From Akkermansiaceae bacterium (GTDB taxonomy: Bacteria > Verrucomicrobiota > Verrucomicrobiia > Verrucomicrobiales > Akkermansiaceae), in NCBI GenBank assembly GCA_903888515.1, contig CAISTY010000271.1:1906-65905 (forward strand): a stretch of 64,000 nucleotides of DNA, given 5' to 3'. A program made the translations under genes and the position numbers. Position 1 is the stretch's first letter. The number at the start of each line of letters is the position of its first letter. Under the pieces are notes generated by a model. The model worked only from the letters and a program-made list of their open reading frames with translations, was not told the DNA's origin and searched no databases. Of the stretch, positions 19,872 through 30,069 are shown piece by piece.

Positions 19872-22800
19872 CTACTTGGTTGCGGATTTTTGCCTGCCGA
19901 TGGCTTTCGCGACTTCGCGCTGCAGTCCGGGCACCCGGTTTGCGGACGCGTGCCGCGACGCGATGGCAAGTGATTCCGGCGTTCCCAGGCGGACGAGGCT
20001 GACGGCGGCGGTGTGTGCGACCACGGATTCGCCATCCGCACATAGCTTGTCCAGAAGTTCCATGGCACGGGGGTGGTTTGCAGCATGGAAGAGCAGGCGA
20101 GCGGCTTCCTGCCGGTCCTGCCAGCGTGGGGAACCCGCCTCATCCGCCAGCTTCGCCAGCGGAGGGAACGCCGCCGCCGCGGCATACGAAGCAGGCCGGC
20201 CGAGATAGAGATTGGCGTCCCGGACGGACTGGCCGAACGGGAGGTCGTGGGGATATTCGAGCATTTGGCGTCCCTGATGGGTTGCCGTTTCGATGCTCAC
20301 CGTGCGGGGTTCGTGCCGTTCGGCGCTTGCCGCAGGATGCAAATCGACGACGCAGGACGGGTCGGCCACCAATTCGTAGCGTTCGCCTTTTTTGCAACGC
20401 AGAACAAAACCATTGTCGGACCGCGACAACGAATCCCCCGGCGCTCCGCCGCGCAACGCCAGCCCGGAAGCCGGCGCATGGAAGCGCAGAACTCCATCCG
20501 CCAATGCCTGGACAACCAACCACCGCGTGTTGCCGTCGCGCGCCTCGCCCGAACACACAAAACCGCCCTCGGCCCGCAGACCGGCGAAGCGGCAAACCCC
20601 CTTAGGTTCGATGCAAGGAAAGAACCGCACCTGATCCGGCCAGCTTTGGACAAACCGCTGGGTCGTGGCGACCGTATGGGCGTTGGCCGCCTCGACCAGC
20701 GAGGCCTGACTGATGGCGTCCGATTGGCGCGGATCGTTCAGCGCCCGCAGCCCGTTCTGTTTCATGTTATGCGCGACGATCAGCCCGTAGAAAAGCTGGC
20801 GAAAATAGTCCGGATCGCCGAGCCGGGCGGCGGTAATCGTCATGATACCCGACGCAAACCCGTTAGGCTCAACTCCGCCGGTGAACCCGGGTATGGTCGC
20901 GTGCCGGTCCTGGTATCGCACGCCGAACAACTTGGTGCAGAGATCCAGCGATTTCCGGAATTTGGTTAGAGCGTCCGCATCGTGGGGAATGACGTTGGAC
21001 GGATAGAGACCGAACAGAACGACCGGATGGCAGCGATACGGGTGCGGATTGTCGACGGTTTCGGCAACCGAACCATCCGACACCGGCATCTCAAACAGAT
21101 GATCCAGGCGGTCGCGCCATTCGGCGCGCATGGACGCATCCACTTCCAGGATTGAGGCTGCCTTGATGGAGTTCTGGAAGAGGCTGGTAATCATGTTCCA
21201 GTCGTAGATGTTATCAGGTTTGGTGTTGTGTTGTTCCGGCGAGTCGCTGTCCAGGCAGTGATAGCGTCCGTCCGCGCCCTTCACTAGACTTGTCGCGAAG
21301 TAATCGGCCACCATTCGCATCATCGGATAAGCGACCCCGCGGAGGAACTCCAGATCGCCACTATACATATAGTCCCACCAGAAATTCAGCACATACCATG
21401 CGGCCGAGCCCTTGTGTTGGTTAAATCCCGAGTAGGATTTATTGCCGCCGGCATAAGGCGGGAACGTCTCATGCGGCACCACCATCCCCGCGCCGGGAGT
21501 GCGCTTGACAAAATCCGAAGCCATCCGTCCGAAGGTCCGGTGGGAGGGATAGAGCAGTTCGAGGTGATTGGCCTCAAACGTCAGCCACCAGATCATCCCG
21601 ACCTGTGCATCCGCCGTGTATGTTTCGGACCAGGTCCTCAAGTCGAGCGGGTGGAACAGCCCGAAGAAGCTGGTGGCCTGGTCGGCGCGCGCCACGCAGG
21701 CTTGCTGATAGAGGCCGATATACCACAGGTTTTCCTCGAGTTTGTCCGGCATTTCGATCCAACTCCTGTTCCAGAAGGCCCTCCACCATGCGAGATGGGC
21801 GGTTGCGTCCGGCGGTTTGAAACAGGCTTTGCTTTCTTCGAGAGCAAAGCGCGCGACATCGCCCGGGGTCTGTCGGCTTGTGGCAATTGAACAGCCGATC
21901 TGAACGGGACTGGATGCCGTCACGGTGCCGATCATCCGATCCCCATCCTGCCGCCACACGACCGTGCCACCGTCAACGGTAACGGCCATGCCGACCGTGA
22001 TGTTAGGCGCGGTGTGAGCGAACCAGCACGACTGTCCTTCACTGCCCCAGGCGACCTTGGTGGAAGGCGCCTTGGCGGCCTTGTCGCGCAATGCGTCCAG
22101 ATCCGCCTCGCTCAAACCGCTGGTCCATGACCCGTAAAGCCGCGACGCGCTGCGGTCCCACGAGACATCTTTGCCGCTCTGCCAGAGCAGCGGCACCGGG
22201 GGCCTCTCCAGCACGATTTCGAAATTCCGCGCCGTGACTTGGGCAATGGCGCAATCCCGGTTGGCGTCCACCCGGATCACGCTTGAGTAGTCGCCGTCGC
22301 GCGTGGAGACCTCGGCCCTGCCGTGTGCAAGCCGCTGCTCGAAAGCCGCGCCGGATGACGCGTAGCGGATGCGCAGCGTGCCCGCCGTGGACCGCCCGAG
22401 CGGCGCCCCATCGGCAGTCGCTAACCAAATATCGGTTTTATCAAGAAACAGCGACTGCTCGCGTCCCCGTATGCCCGCGACCAACCCGCCCATGCTGCCG
22501 TTGCCGACGGGCAGTCCTTCAACCCAACTGCCGGAGGGTTCCAGATAAACCACATCGTGTTGCCGGAGATGCTCCACGCCGCCGTTGCTTGCCGCAATTG
22601 CAGTCCGTTCGCGCGCTGCCAGTCTTGCGGCCAGGCTTCTATCAAGCATGTCGATACGCAGGGGCAATGATACCTTTGCGGGCCCTGCGGCAATATCCGC
22701 AGGCATCTCCTCAAGAATCCCGCCATCCCGGATGAGCTTGACGACAAGCTGCGAATTATTGGTCTCAGGCAACCAGAACCCGTGTGCCCAATTGCCGGCG

Positions 22801-23090
22801 GCACCTAACCGAATCTCCTCACTGGCCAGCTTGGTGCCGGTTGTCGTCTCTATCGCCAGGGTGGCACCCCATAGCGGCGGTGAGGGGAGTGTGATCGTCG
22901 CTTTGGCAAGCCGCAGCAGCCGGCCCTGCTCGTCAATTTGGGTGTAAGGACTCCAGGCGCAAGCCCAGGAACTCAGGACACCGGCCGGTTTCGCCGTGGC
23001 GGCATTGCCGTCCGGTTCAGCCATGGCGGCAACATGAAGTCCCGCGCTCAGGACGGCAACCGCGAGTTTGATTGAAACAAGACGATGCAT
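19872..23090 (-). CDS. GH95-like glycoside hydrolase with an N-terminal extension and C-terminal HEAT repeats
   Basis: RBS AAAGGAG; signal peptide; EGLPVGNG, ENLWY, WDYMYSGDLEFLR-AYPMM and LRAEGGF motifs. Confidence 0.75.
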   Translation of the reverse strand: MHRLVSIKLAVAVLSAGLHVAAMAEPDGNAATAKPAGVLSSWACAWSPYTQIDEQGRLLRLAKATITLPSPPLWGATLAIETTTGTKLASEEIRLGAAGNWAHGFWLPETNNSQLVVKLIRDGGILEEMPADIAAGPAKVSLPLRIDMLDRSLAARLAARERTAIAASNGGVEHLRQHDVVYLEPSGSWVEGLPVGNGSMGGLVAGIRGREQSLFLDKTDIWLATADGAPLGRSTAGTLRIRYASSGAAFEQRLAHGRAEVSTRDGDYSSVIRVDANRDCAIAQVTARNFEIVLERPPVPLLWQSGKDVSWDRSASRLYGSWTSGLSEADLDALRDKAAKAPSTKVAWGSEGQSCWFAHTAPNITVGMAVTVDGGTVVWRQDGDRMIGTVTASSPVQIGCSIATSRQTPGDVARFALEESKACFKPPDATAHLAWWRAFWNRSWIEMPDKLEENLWYIGLYQQACVARADQATSFFGLFHPLDLRTWSETYTADAQVGMIWWLTFEANHLELLYPSHRTFGRMASDFVKRTPGAGMVVPHETFPPYAGGNKSYSGFNQHKGSAAWYVLNFWWDYMYSGDLEFLRGVAYPMMRMVADYFATSLVKGADGRYHCLDSDSPEQHNTKPDNIYDWNMITSLFQNSIKAASILEVDASMRAEWRDRLDHLFEMPVSDGSVAETVDNPHPYRCHPVVLFGLYPSNVIPHDADALTKFRKSLDLCTKLFGVRYQDRHATIPGFTGGVEPNGFASGIMTITAARLGDPDYFRQLFYGLIVAHNMKQNGLRALNDPRQSDAISQASLVEAANAHTVATTQRFVQSWPDQVRFFPCIEPKGVCRFAGLRAEGGFVCSGEARDGNTRWLVVQALADGVLRFHAPASGLALRGGAPGDSLSRSDNGFVLRCKKGERYELVADPSCVVDLHPAASAERHEPRTVSIETATHQGRQMLEYPHDLPFGQSVRDANLYLGRPASYAAAAAFPPLAKLADEAGSPRWQDRQEAARLLFHAANHPRAMELLDKLCADGESVVAHTAAVSLVRLGTPESLAIASRHASANRVPGLQREVAKAIGRQKSATK

Positions 23091-23154
23091 GTAATCTCCT
23101 TTCATTAAAATGGCGGGTCTGGTCGACATGTCGATAGGTTGCTTATGGATTTGC

Positions 23155-24489
23155 CTAGATCTTCCACGGCCATGGTTTGACGAGGGCGCGCACGGCCCAG
23201 GCGTCCCACTTGGCGGACAGTTCGGCGCACTTTTCGGGATGCCGGGCGGCGAGGTCGTGCAGTTCGCTGCGGTCCTTGCTCATGTCGTATAGCTCCCAAG
23301 GCAGGATTTTGGGGCCCTTGCCCAAACCCTCTTTGCGCACCAGTTTCCACTGGCCGTCGCGAATCGCGCAGTTGAGATGGTGTTCGAAGTATATGGCATC
23401 ATTGCGCCCCAGCGGCTTGCCCGTGAACGCCGGCCGCAAGCTCACACCCTCCAAGGCGAGCACGTCGTGCCCCGCGAATTTCTGCGGGTAAGCGACGCCA
23501 CCCAGATCGACACAGGTGGCCATGATGTCGATCAGGTGACCCGGTTGGCGTTCGAGTTTTCCGCGATACGCCTCGGCAATGCCTTGGTCCATGCGGTCGA
23601 CCATCGCCGCGTAAACTTCCATATTGCGTGCTTCCCATGCTTTGTCGCGGACCTGCTCCCAGTCGTTTGCTTGCGGCGAAAGCTCCGTCGACTGATCTAT
23701 CAGGCCGATGGCTTTCAGCCGCTTGAACCGTTGCTCGCGAATGGCCGCGAAACCCTTGTCGTAGCGGCCCTTGTATTTGGCGATGTCCTGCGGCAAGGCG
23801 TGCATCGGCCAATGGGCCGCGGTGTAGGCCACATAGAGGAAAAAGGGTTTGTCGGGCGTCCCCTTCGCGTGTTCCGAGAGGAACTTCACCGCGTGATCGC
23901 TGATGGCGTCGGTATAGTAATATGTTGCAGGTTTGTAGTTCGGATCGTTGACGGGGGTGATATGGCGGTTGCCGCTGCAGAGGGTGGTGGGGTCGTAGTA
24001 ACTGCCCGCACCGGTGATCGTGCCATAGAACTTTTCGAAGCCGCGCTGCAGCGGCCAGTTGTCTTTGGGGCCATCGGGATTGGTGACGCGCGCCACGTGC
24101 CATTTGCCGGTCATGTAACAGCGGTAACCGCCCGTGCCGAGCGCTTCGGCGATGGTCATGACGTTGCGTCCCAAATCACCGCGGTAGCCGGGCAGGTCGG
24201 TGTGGTCGGTCATCATGCCCATACCCGCTTGATGCGGATACACACCGGTCAGCAGCGAGGCGCGGGTCGGACAGCAGCGCGCGCCATTGTAGAACTGCGT
24301 GAAGCGCAGTCCGCCGCTGGCGAGGCGGTCCAGATTGGGGGTGTTGATCTCGCCGCCGTAGCAACCGATGTCCGAGAACCCCATGTCGTCCGACATGATC
24401 AGGACGATATTGGGCGCGGCAGCGGCGGGTTGCACACGCGCCTCCGCTGGCAACAGAACGAAGGCCAAGGTCAGGAGGATAGGCCGCAT
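23155..24489 (-). pseudogene. Arylsulfatase with an in-frame internal deletion
   Basis: CCPTR motif intact, but MDQGI joins straight to AEAYRGKLERQPGHLID at ~23580; the DNT...DNG...WP segment is absent. Confidence 0.7.
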
Positions 24490-24533
24490 GGTCTTAATGT
24501 CTTTCGTTACTCCTCGGGTAGCCCCACCATCGG

Positions 24534-24939
24534 ATGACCCTTGGATTCAGAGTGGATTTTCATTTCATGAGGGCAAGCGAAAAACAACTTGTTGAGGCCA
24601 TCCTCGCCACTTGGATCTTCGAGCAGGATCCATCGCAAATCGAGCGACTCGCCACAGACGGCAAAGTCCTGCGCGGCACCGGACGCACCGATGGCAAACC
24701 GCTCGCCTCGCTCTCGCTGGTCACCCACCAACTGCGCACCACCCTGCGTTCGGTGCGAATCGCGGAAAAAAGCAACGAAATCCCCCCCCCCGCCATCAGA
24801 CTGCTTCTGACAGGCATGGGCCTGCAAGGCTGCACCGTCACTGCCGACGCCATGCACTGCCAGCAGGAAACCGCCCGCTTTATCACCCGGATCCAGTGCG
24901 GAACATCCGCTCGCGCCTCTTTCAGATAAAATGGCTCTG
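24534..24939 (+). mobile_element. ISAs1-family transposase remnant
   Basis: TDGKVLRG, EKSNEIP and VTADAMHCQ motifs; ORF truncated at both ends. Confidence 0.8.
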
Positions 24940-25206
24940 AATATATCGCAATTCCTTCAAGATCCTTCTTGCAAGGGGGGGGGAAACCTGTACCTCGGAC
25001 TTGTCACCATCCCGCTATGACCGCCGTTGGCACACCATTGAAGCCCAAATCCCTGCCTTCGACCTGACGTCCGGGGGGGGCGTTTCTGCCCCTCCTTTCC
25101 CCGCAATCCATTTTCTCCCGCTCTCCGACCCGCACTTTAGCCCCTCATGCGCACCCACCGTGATAAACAATTTCCTAGCAATAAGATGATACGAAAGGAA
25201 TGTGCC

Positions 25207-28200
25207 ATGAAGAGAGTCCTGACCGCAATCACATTACCGGTAGTTCTAGCAGGAGCAGCGCATGCCGGCGATCTTTACAGGGATGGCAAAATCGACTACT
25301 TCGGCCTCGCCCGCTACCCGGAGGGGGGGGAACTTGTCGACGGGGTCGAGCTGTACCAAGTGAGTGAAAGCGGGGGGGCGGCTGACAAATATGGCCGCCG
25401 CGTGGTGCGTTGGTGGCCGCGCAAGGGTGTGGACTTCATCGAGATCAAGGACGGGATGCTCCCGCCGCGCGAGTGGACATTCAAGGCCGATCCACTGGAC
25501 GAGGGCGCGGGCGGGCTCAAAGGGGAGCCTACGATTGTCGAACACGAGAAACTGATCCTCGACCAGAGCCCGAATAACTGGTTCCAGCGCCGCTTCCGGG
25601 GCTATCTGCATCCGCCCGCCGACGGCGACTACGTTTTCAAGATCAGCGCCGACACCATGGGCTTTTTCTACGTGAGCACGGACGATAAACCGGAGAACAA
25701 GAAGCTGGTCTGCCGTCTGACGAAAGCCTCCAAGAGCCTGCAGTGGGACCTGTGTCCGGAACAGAAATCCGGGTCGATTCCGCTCAAGAAAGGCCGGAAG
25801 TACTACTACGAAGTCATCCATAGCGAGACGGACAGGAAGGACCACATTGCGGCGGCCTGGCAGAGCGACGCGATGGAAGAGGCGCTGCTCGGCGGCCCCT
25901 GCGTCTCAACCCTCAAGGGCGAGCCCGGCAAGGTCATCGAGGAGAGGTGGGGTACCCCGCCGGGCACCGGCGTCCGCGCGCACGATCTGCCGCGCAGCTT
26001 CAAGGCGCAACTGCTCGGTTTCGACGGCATCGGCAACCGCTATGGCGATCCCTTCCAGGACGGCGAGGATTTCGTGGAGCCGACAACGATCCTGCGCATG
26101 CCCGACGGCACCATGCGCAGCTTCGAGGACGGAACCTTCTGCCAGACGGACCGCGAGTTCATCCTCAAGGAGTACCTCGAGGCGATGGAACGGGTCAAGG
26201 CCGGCCTGGACAAGACCGTTTGCAAGGTGCAACCGGGAACCATACGGGGGTACCCCAATAACGCAGAGGTTGGCGAGCCGGGGACCATGCGGGTCGAGAC
26301 CGAGCATTTCGTGGTCCCCTCGGGCTCGCAGGGCAAAAGCGCCTGGGTGAACACGGACGACCCCGAAAAATCGGCCCGCTTCCGCCAGTGCGCGACGAAC
26401 ATGCTCGAGGACTTTCACGCCTATCTGGAATACGGCGGACACCTGATGCCCTACTGGGACCGCAAGGAGCAGTACAAGTTCGAGGTGCATGTCGGGGGGA
26501 CCATCGCCGACGGGTTCCGCAGTGTTGGTGGAGGCGGCATGGGCGGCTACGGCGGGGCGGGGGTGGCCCTCAGCTCCAGGCCGGGTGGCTTCTCCCATGA
26601 ATACGCCCACGGCTTCTCGATCCAGTGGAAAGCGCACAGCGGCGAGATCCTGCCCACCGCAAACAACGTGATCTGCGGCGGCGATGCGGGCCTGTGCGAG
26701 ATGAACGTCGAGCGGCCCTTCCGAAACCCCATTCACGGCACCTACGTGACGGTCCTCTTCTACCGCATGGTCGGCTTCGATCCCAACTGGGGCATGTGTG
26801 CGCCGCTGGCCCTGCCCAAGTCGGTGGCCGAGTCCAGTTTCTTCCAGACCCTGGCCCGGGTCGGCCAGCAGCGGGGGTTGTTCAAGGACGGCATGTGCGG
26901 CGTGGGCGACATGGTGGGCGACTACGGTGCGCGACAAGCGGAATTTGACACGCAGAACCAGGAGGCGTTGCGCCAGCAATGGTTCGCGGTGGCACGCAAT
27001 TATCTCGAGCCGGTGGACAAGGAGCAAGGGATCTACCGGATTCCCTGGGACGAGGCCCCCGAACCGTTCGGCGTCAATATCGTCCGGCTGGTGCCCGACA
27101 AGGGCGCCAGCGTCATCGACGTCGACTTCCAGGGCTATCACGATCCGGCCGTCTACAGCGACTGGCGCGCCTGCATCGTGGCAGTGGATAAAGACGGCCG
27201 GGCGCGATACAGCGACTTGTGGAACAAGGACGGGATGCACATGGAGCGCCGGGACGGGGACCAGCGCTACTGGCTGACGGTCGCGGCGACGCCCCGGGCG
27301 CAACTGGGGAGTCTCTATCAGGGCCATTTCGCGGCCCGCTACCCGTGGCAGGTCACGCTGCGCGGCGCGACGCCGGGTGCGCCGCAACGCACCCGGGCCG
27401 ACCTGAACGACGTGTATGGCGTGTACGGCCACGGCGACAGGATGAAGGGCGGGGCGATTCTGCCCGTCGCCCCGAATACGGAGGCGGACAAACGATTTGT
27501 CGTGGAGGCCCGCACGGTTGGGGCCGAAATGCGCAAGCGCGTGGACAACAGGGCGGCCGGCGAGCTGGAAAAGGTCTTCGCGCACTGGGTGCTCGACAAT
27601 CTGGAGGAGGCGCTGGGCTCTGCGGAGGGAGCACCGCACCCGAACGGAGGCGGCTGGGTGGCCGCGACGGCTCAGGTCGCGCCCACGGCCTACATCGGTC
27701 CGCACGCCGCCGTTCTGGAACGGGCCAAGGTGCTTGACCAGGCCGTTGTCGAGGATGGCGCGGTGATCCGAGACAGTGCCATCATTTCCGATCACGCCCG
27801 AGTGAGCGGCCAGGCGGTCATCGGAGACGGCGCCCGCCTCGACGGGCACAAGCGCGCCTGGTTCCCGCTGGGCCTGGCCGCCGATGAGGAGCCCCCCGAA
27901 CTGACGACACGCCTGAATGAGGACCTCGACGAGTACGGGCTGTGGGCCAATTACGCCATGGACCAGGCCGAAGCCATGGTGCTGGAGGATTGGTACCGCG
28001 GCACCGACAGCGACCGCGAGTTTTTCTGCAGCGTGCTCAACGGCTACCTATACGGCAAACCCGCGTTCGTGGTGGACGGCGAGCACCGCGGCTTTGCCTT
28101 CGACGGCAAGGCGCAGTATGCGGAGTTGAATCGCCGCATTGCCGACCTGGCGGAGATCACTGTGGACATGACCGTCAAACGGCTGGGCGATGGCGGTCAG

Positions 28201-30045
28201 ACGTTGCTGGATTTCGGCTCGAACATGGACAACCGGTTCACCCTCGCCAGCGGCGGCAAGGATGGCACGCTCGCATTCACGGCCGTGGTGGACGGCAAGA
28301 CCGTCGCTTCGCTGTCATCCCCGCAACCGCTCCCCCGCGAGCGCTGGACCCGCGTGCGTCTCGAACTCGACGGCGACAAGGCGGCGCTCTGGATGGACGA
28401 CGCGAAGGTCGCCGAGACCGCCGCCGCCTTCCGGCCGTGTCAGGTCTTCAAGCCCGGACTTGCCCAGCGCAACTTCATTGCAACCGCGCGGGATCTCAGC
28501 GCCGGGTTCAAGGGAGTCTTCGACGACGTCGTGGTCTATCACCGGGTGCACGGCAACGCCTTCGCCAAACTGCCCCGCCCCGTCATCAGCCCCCCCCGCC
28601 GGCCTGCGGCGGGCTTCGCCGCGCGGGTGCGCCGGACCATGGACGTGAGTGCCTACGAGCAGCAGGACCGCGCCGGTAAGCTCAGCGGCCCGATGATGGA
28701 GGCCATCGGCGGAAAAGGGTCGCGGGCCGCGATGAGACTCTACCAACTGCAACACCGCTCGCAGGAATGGCCGGCGGCGGTGGCGCGGGCCGCGGAGATC
28801 GACAAGTTGAAAGCGGAATATACGCAACGCTTCCAAAAGGAGTCCGGCGAGTGCAAGGAAGCCCGGGAATTGGCCGCGCAGATTGCGGAGATCGACAAGA
28901 AGCTCGCATTGCAGCAGAAAAAACTCCCGGAGTCCGGGAAGAAAAAAAGCGCAAAGACAGCGTCCGCGCCGAGTGCCCCGCCATCTGCGGAAATCGTCGA
29001 GCTCGACAAGCGGAGCACGCAACTCAAAGCGAAGATTGCCGAGGTGGAAAAACGGATCAAACAGGCCGAGGGGGAGGCCAAGGCGGAAGTGGCGGCCATG
29101 CCCGAAAGCAAGGCCGAGCAGGCCGAGATCGCCCGGCTCAAGGAGCAGATTGCACCGCTCAAAGCGCCGGCCGACGCCGTGCTCGAGAAAGCCCTGAAAG
29201 ATGACGGACAGCAGGCAATGGCGGAGGCGGCCACGAAAGAGGCGCAGAAATACACGACCGGCTACTGGCGCGCGGTGTCCTCCGTGAACGGGGCGCTGGG
29301 CGGTTGGTGGGGCCAACACGTCAAGGCCATCAAGGAGCGGCTCAAAACGCAGGACGAAACCTATGGGAAATGGGCCGCCCTGACCCAAAAGCTGGGCGAG
29401 ACCGAGGCCCGCCGCCGCTATCGTGACGAGACGTTTCTCATGCAGCATGCCGGCCGCGCCGACCTGCTGGACGGGGCCGACGTCTTGCGTCAGGAGTTGG
29501 CCGACGTGGCGGAGCAACGCAAGGCGGCCGAGCCGCCGAAAGCCGAGCCGCCACCGGTGTCCAAGGAGGATGCGGCCCTGCAGAGCGAGTTGTCGGCGTT
29601 GCAGCAGGAAAAGGACAGGCTGCGCACGCGGCTGCGCGAGATCACCGGCCGCTACGTCGAGGAGAAAATGCGCGAGGTTGGCGCGTTGGACATGGACAAG
29701 GAGCGCAAGTCGGTCCTGGCCGAAGGCCGCAGAAAGGCCATGCTCCGGTACTATCAGGAGGATGTTGCCGCCTGGAGCACCCTCCGCTCGGCGTTTCATG
29801 GCTGGTTCAACGGACCCTATGCTCCGTACGTCAACCGTTACTGCGCGAAACTCGTGGGCACGCCGCGGATTCGCGGCGAACTCGCCATGGCGGAAAAAAT
29901 CGCGGCAAGCTACGCGCCCGAAAATTGGAAAACCCGCGTCGACCAGTGGGACTGGCGCACGGCCTGGGAGAAGAACGACAACGACAGCCTCAAGGAGTTG
30001 CCTTTGACGCGGAAGTGGCTGGAGAGGGTGAAAACTGACAACTGA
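25207..30045 (+). CDS. Large secreted HEXXH metallopeptidase-like protein, intact cassette copy P3 (1,612 aa)
   Basis: Signal peptide; split SHD1-like domain with a PA14 insert; HEYAH at 26596-26610; HPNGGGWV hexapeptide beta-helix; LamG-like domain (FAFDGKAQY...FDDVVVY); long coiled coil; W-rich tail. Confidence 0.8.
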   Translation: MKRVLTAITLPVVLAGAAHAGDLYRDGKIDYFGLARYPEGGELVDGVELYQVSESGGAADKYGRRVVRWWPRKGVDFIEIKDGMLPPREWTFKADPLDEGAGGLKGEPTIVEHEKLILDQSPNNWFQRRFRGYLHPPADGDYVFKISADTMGFFYVSTDDKPENKKLVCRLTKASKSLQWDLCPEQKSGSIPLKKGRKYYYEVIHSETDRKDHIAAAWQSDAMEEALLGGPCVSTLKGEPGKVIEERWGTPPGTGVRAHDLPRSFKAQLLGFDGIGNRYGDPFQDGEDFVEPTTILRMPDGTMRSFEDGTFCQTDREFILKEYLEAMERVKAGLDKTVCKVQPGTIRGYPNNAEVGEPGTMRVETEHFVVPSGSQGKSAWVNTDDPEKSARFRQCATNMLEDFHAYLEYGGHLMPYWDRKEQYKFEVHVGGTIADGFRSVGGGGMGGYGGAGVALSSRPGGFSHEYAHGFSIQWKAHSGEILPTANNVICGGDAGLCEMNVERPFRNPIHGTYVTVLFYRMVGFDPNWGMCAPLALPKSVAESSFFQTLARVGQQRGLFKDGMCGVGDMVGDYGARQAEFDTQNQEALRQQWFAVARNYLEPVDKEQGIYRIPWDEAPEPFGVNIVRLVPDKGASVIDVDFQGYHDPAVYSDWRACIVAVDKDGRARYSDLWNKDGMHMERRDGDQRYWLTVAATPRAQLGSLYQGHFAARYPWQVTLRGATPGAPQRTRADLNDVYGVYGHGDRMKGGAILPVAPNTEADKRFVVEARTVGAEMRKRVDNRAAGELEKVFAHWVLDNLEEALGSAEGAPHPNGGGWVAATAQVAPTAYIGPHAAVLERAKVLDQAVVEDGAVIRDSAIISDHARVSGQAVIGDGARLDGHKRAWFPLGLAADEEPPELTTRLNEDLDEYGLWANYAMDQAEAMVLEDWYRGTDSDREFFCSVLNGYLYGKPAFVVDGEHRGFAFDGKAQYAELNRRIADLAEITVDMTVKRLGDGGQTLLDFGSNMDNRFTLASGGKDGTLAFTAVVDGKTVASLSSPQPLPRERWTRVRLELDGDKAALWMDDAKVAETAAAFRPCQVFKPGLAQRNFIATARDLSAGFKGVFDDVVVYHRVHGNAFAKLPRPVISPPRRPAAGFAARVRRTMDVSAYEQQDRAGKLSGPMMEAIGGKGSRAAMRLYQLQHRSQEWPAAVARAAEIDKLKAEYTQRFQKESGECKEARELAAQIAEIDKKLALQQKKLPESGKKKSAKTASAPSAPPSAEIVELDKRSTQLKAKIAEVEKRIKQAEGEAKAEVAAMPESKAEQAEIARLKEQIAPLKAPADAVLEKALKDDGQQAMAEAATKEAQKYTTGYWRAVSSVNGALGGWWGQHVKAIKERLKTQDETYGKWAALTQKLGETEARRRYRDETFLMQHAGRADLLDGADVLRQELADVAEQRKAAEPPKAEPPPVSKEDAALQSELSALQQEKDRLRTRLREITGRYVEEKMREVGALDMDKERKSVLAEGRRKAMLRYYQEDVAAWSTLRSAFHGWFNGPYAPYVNRYCAKLVGTPRIRGELAMAEKIAASYAPENWKTRVDQWDWRTAWEKNDNDSLKELPLTRKWLERVKTDN

Positions 30046-30069
30046 TTGCTAACAGCAGAGGGGACCAAT

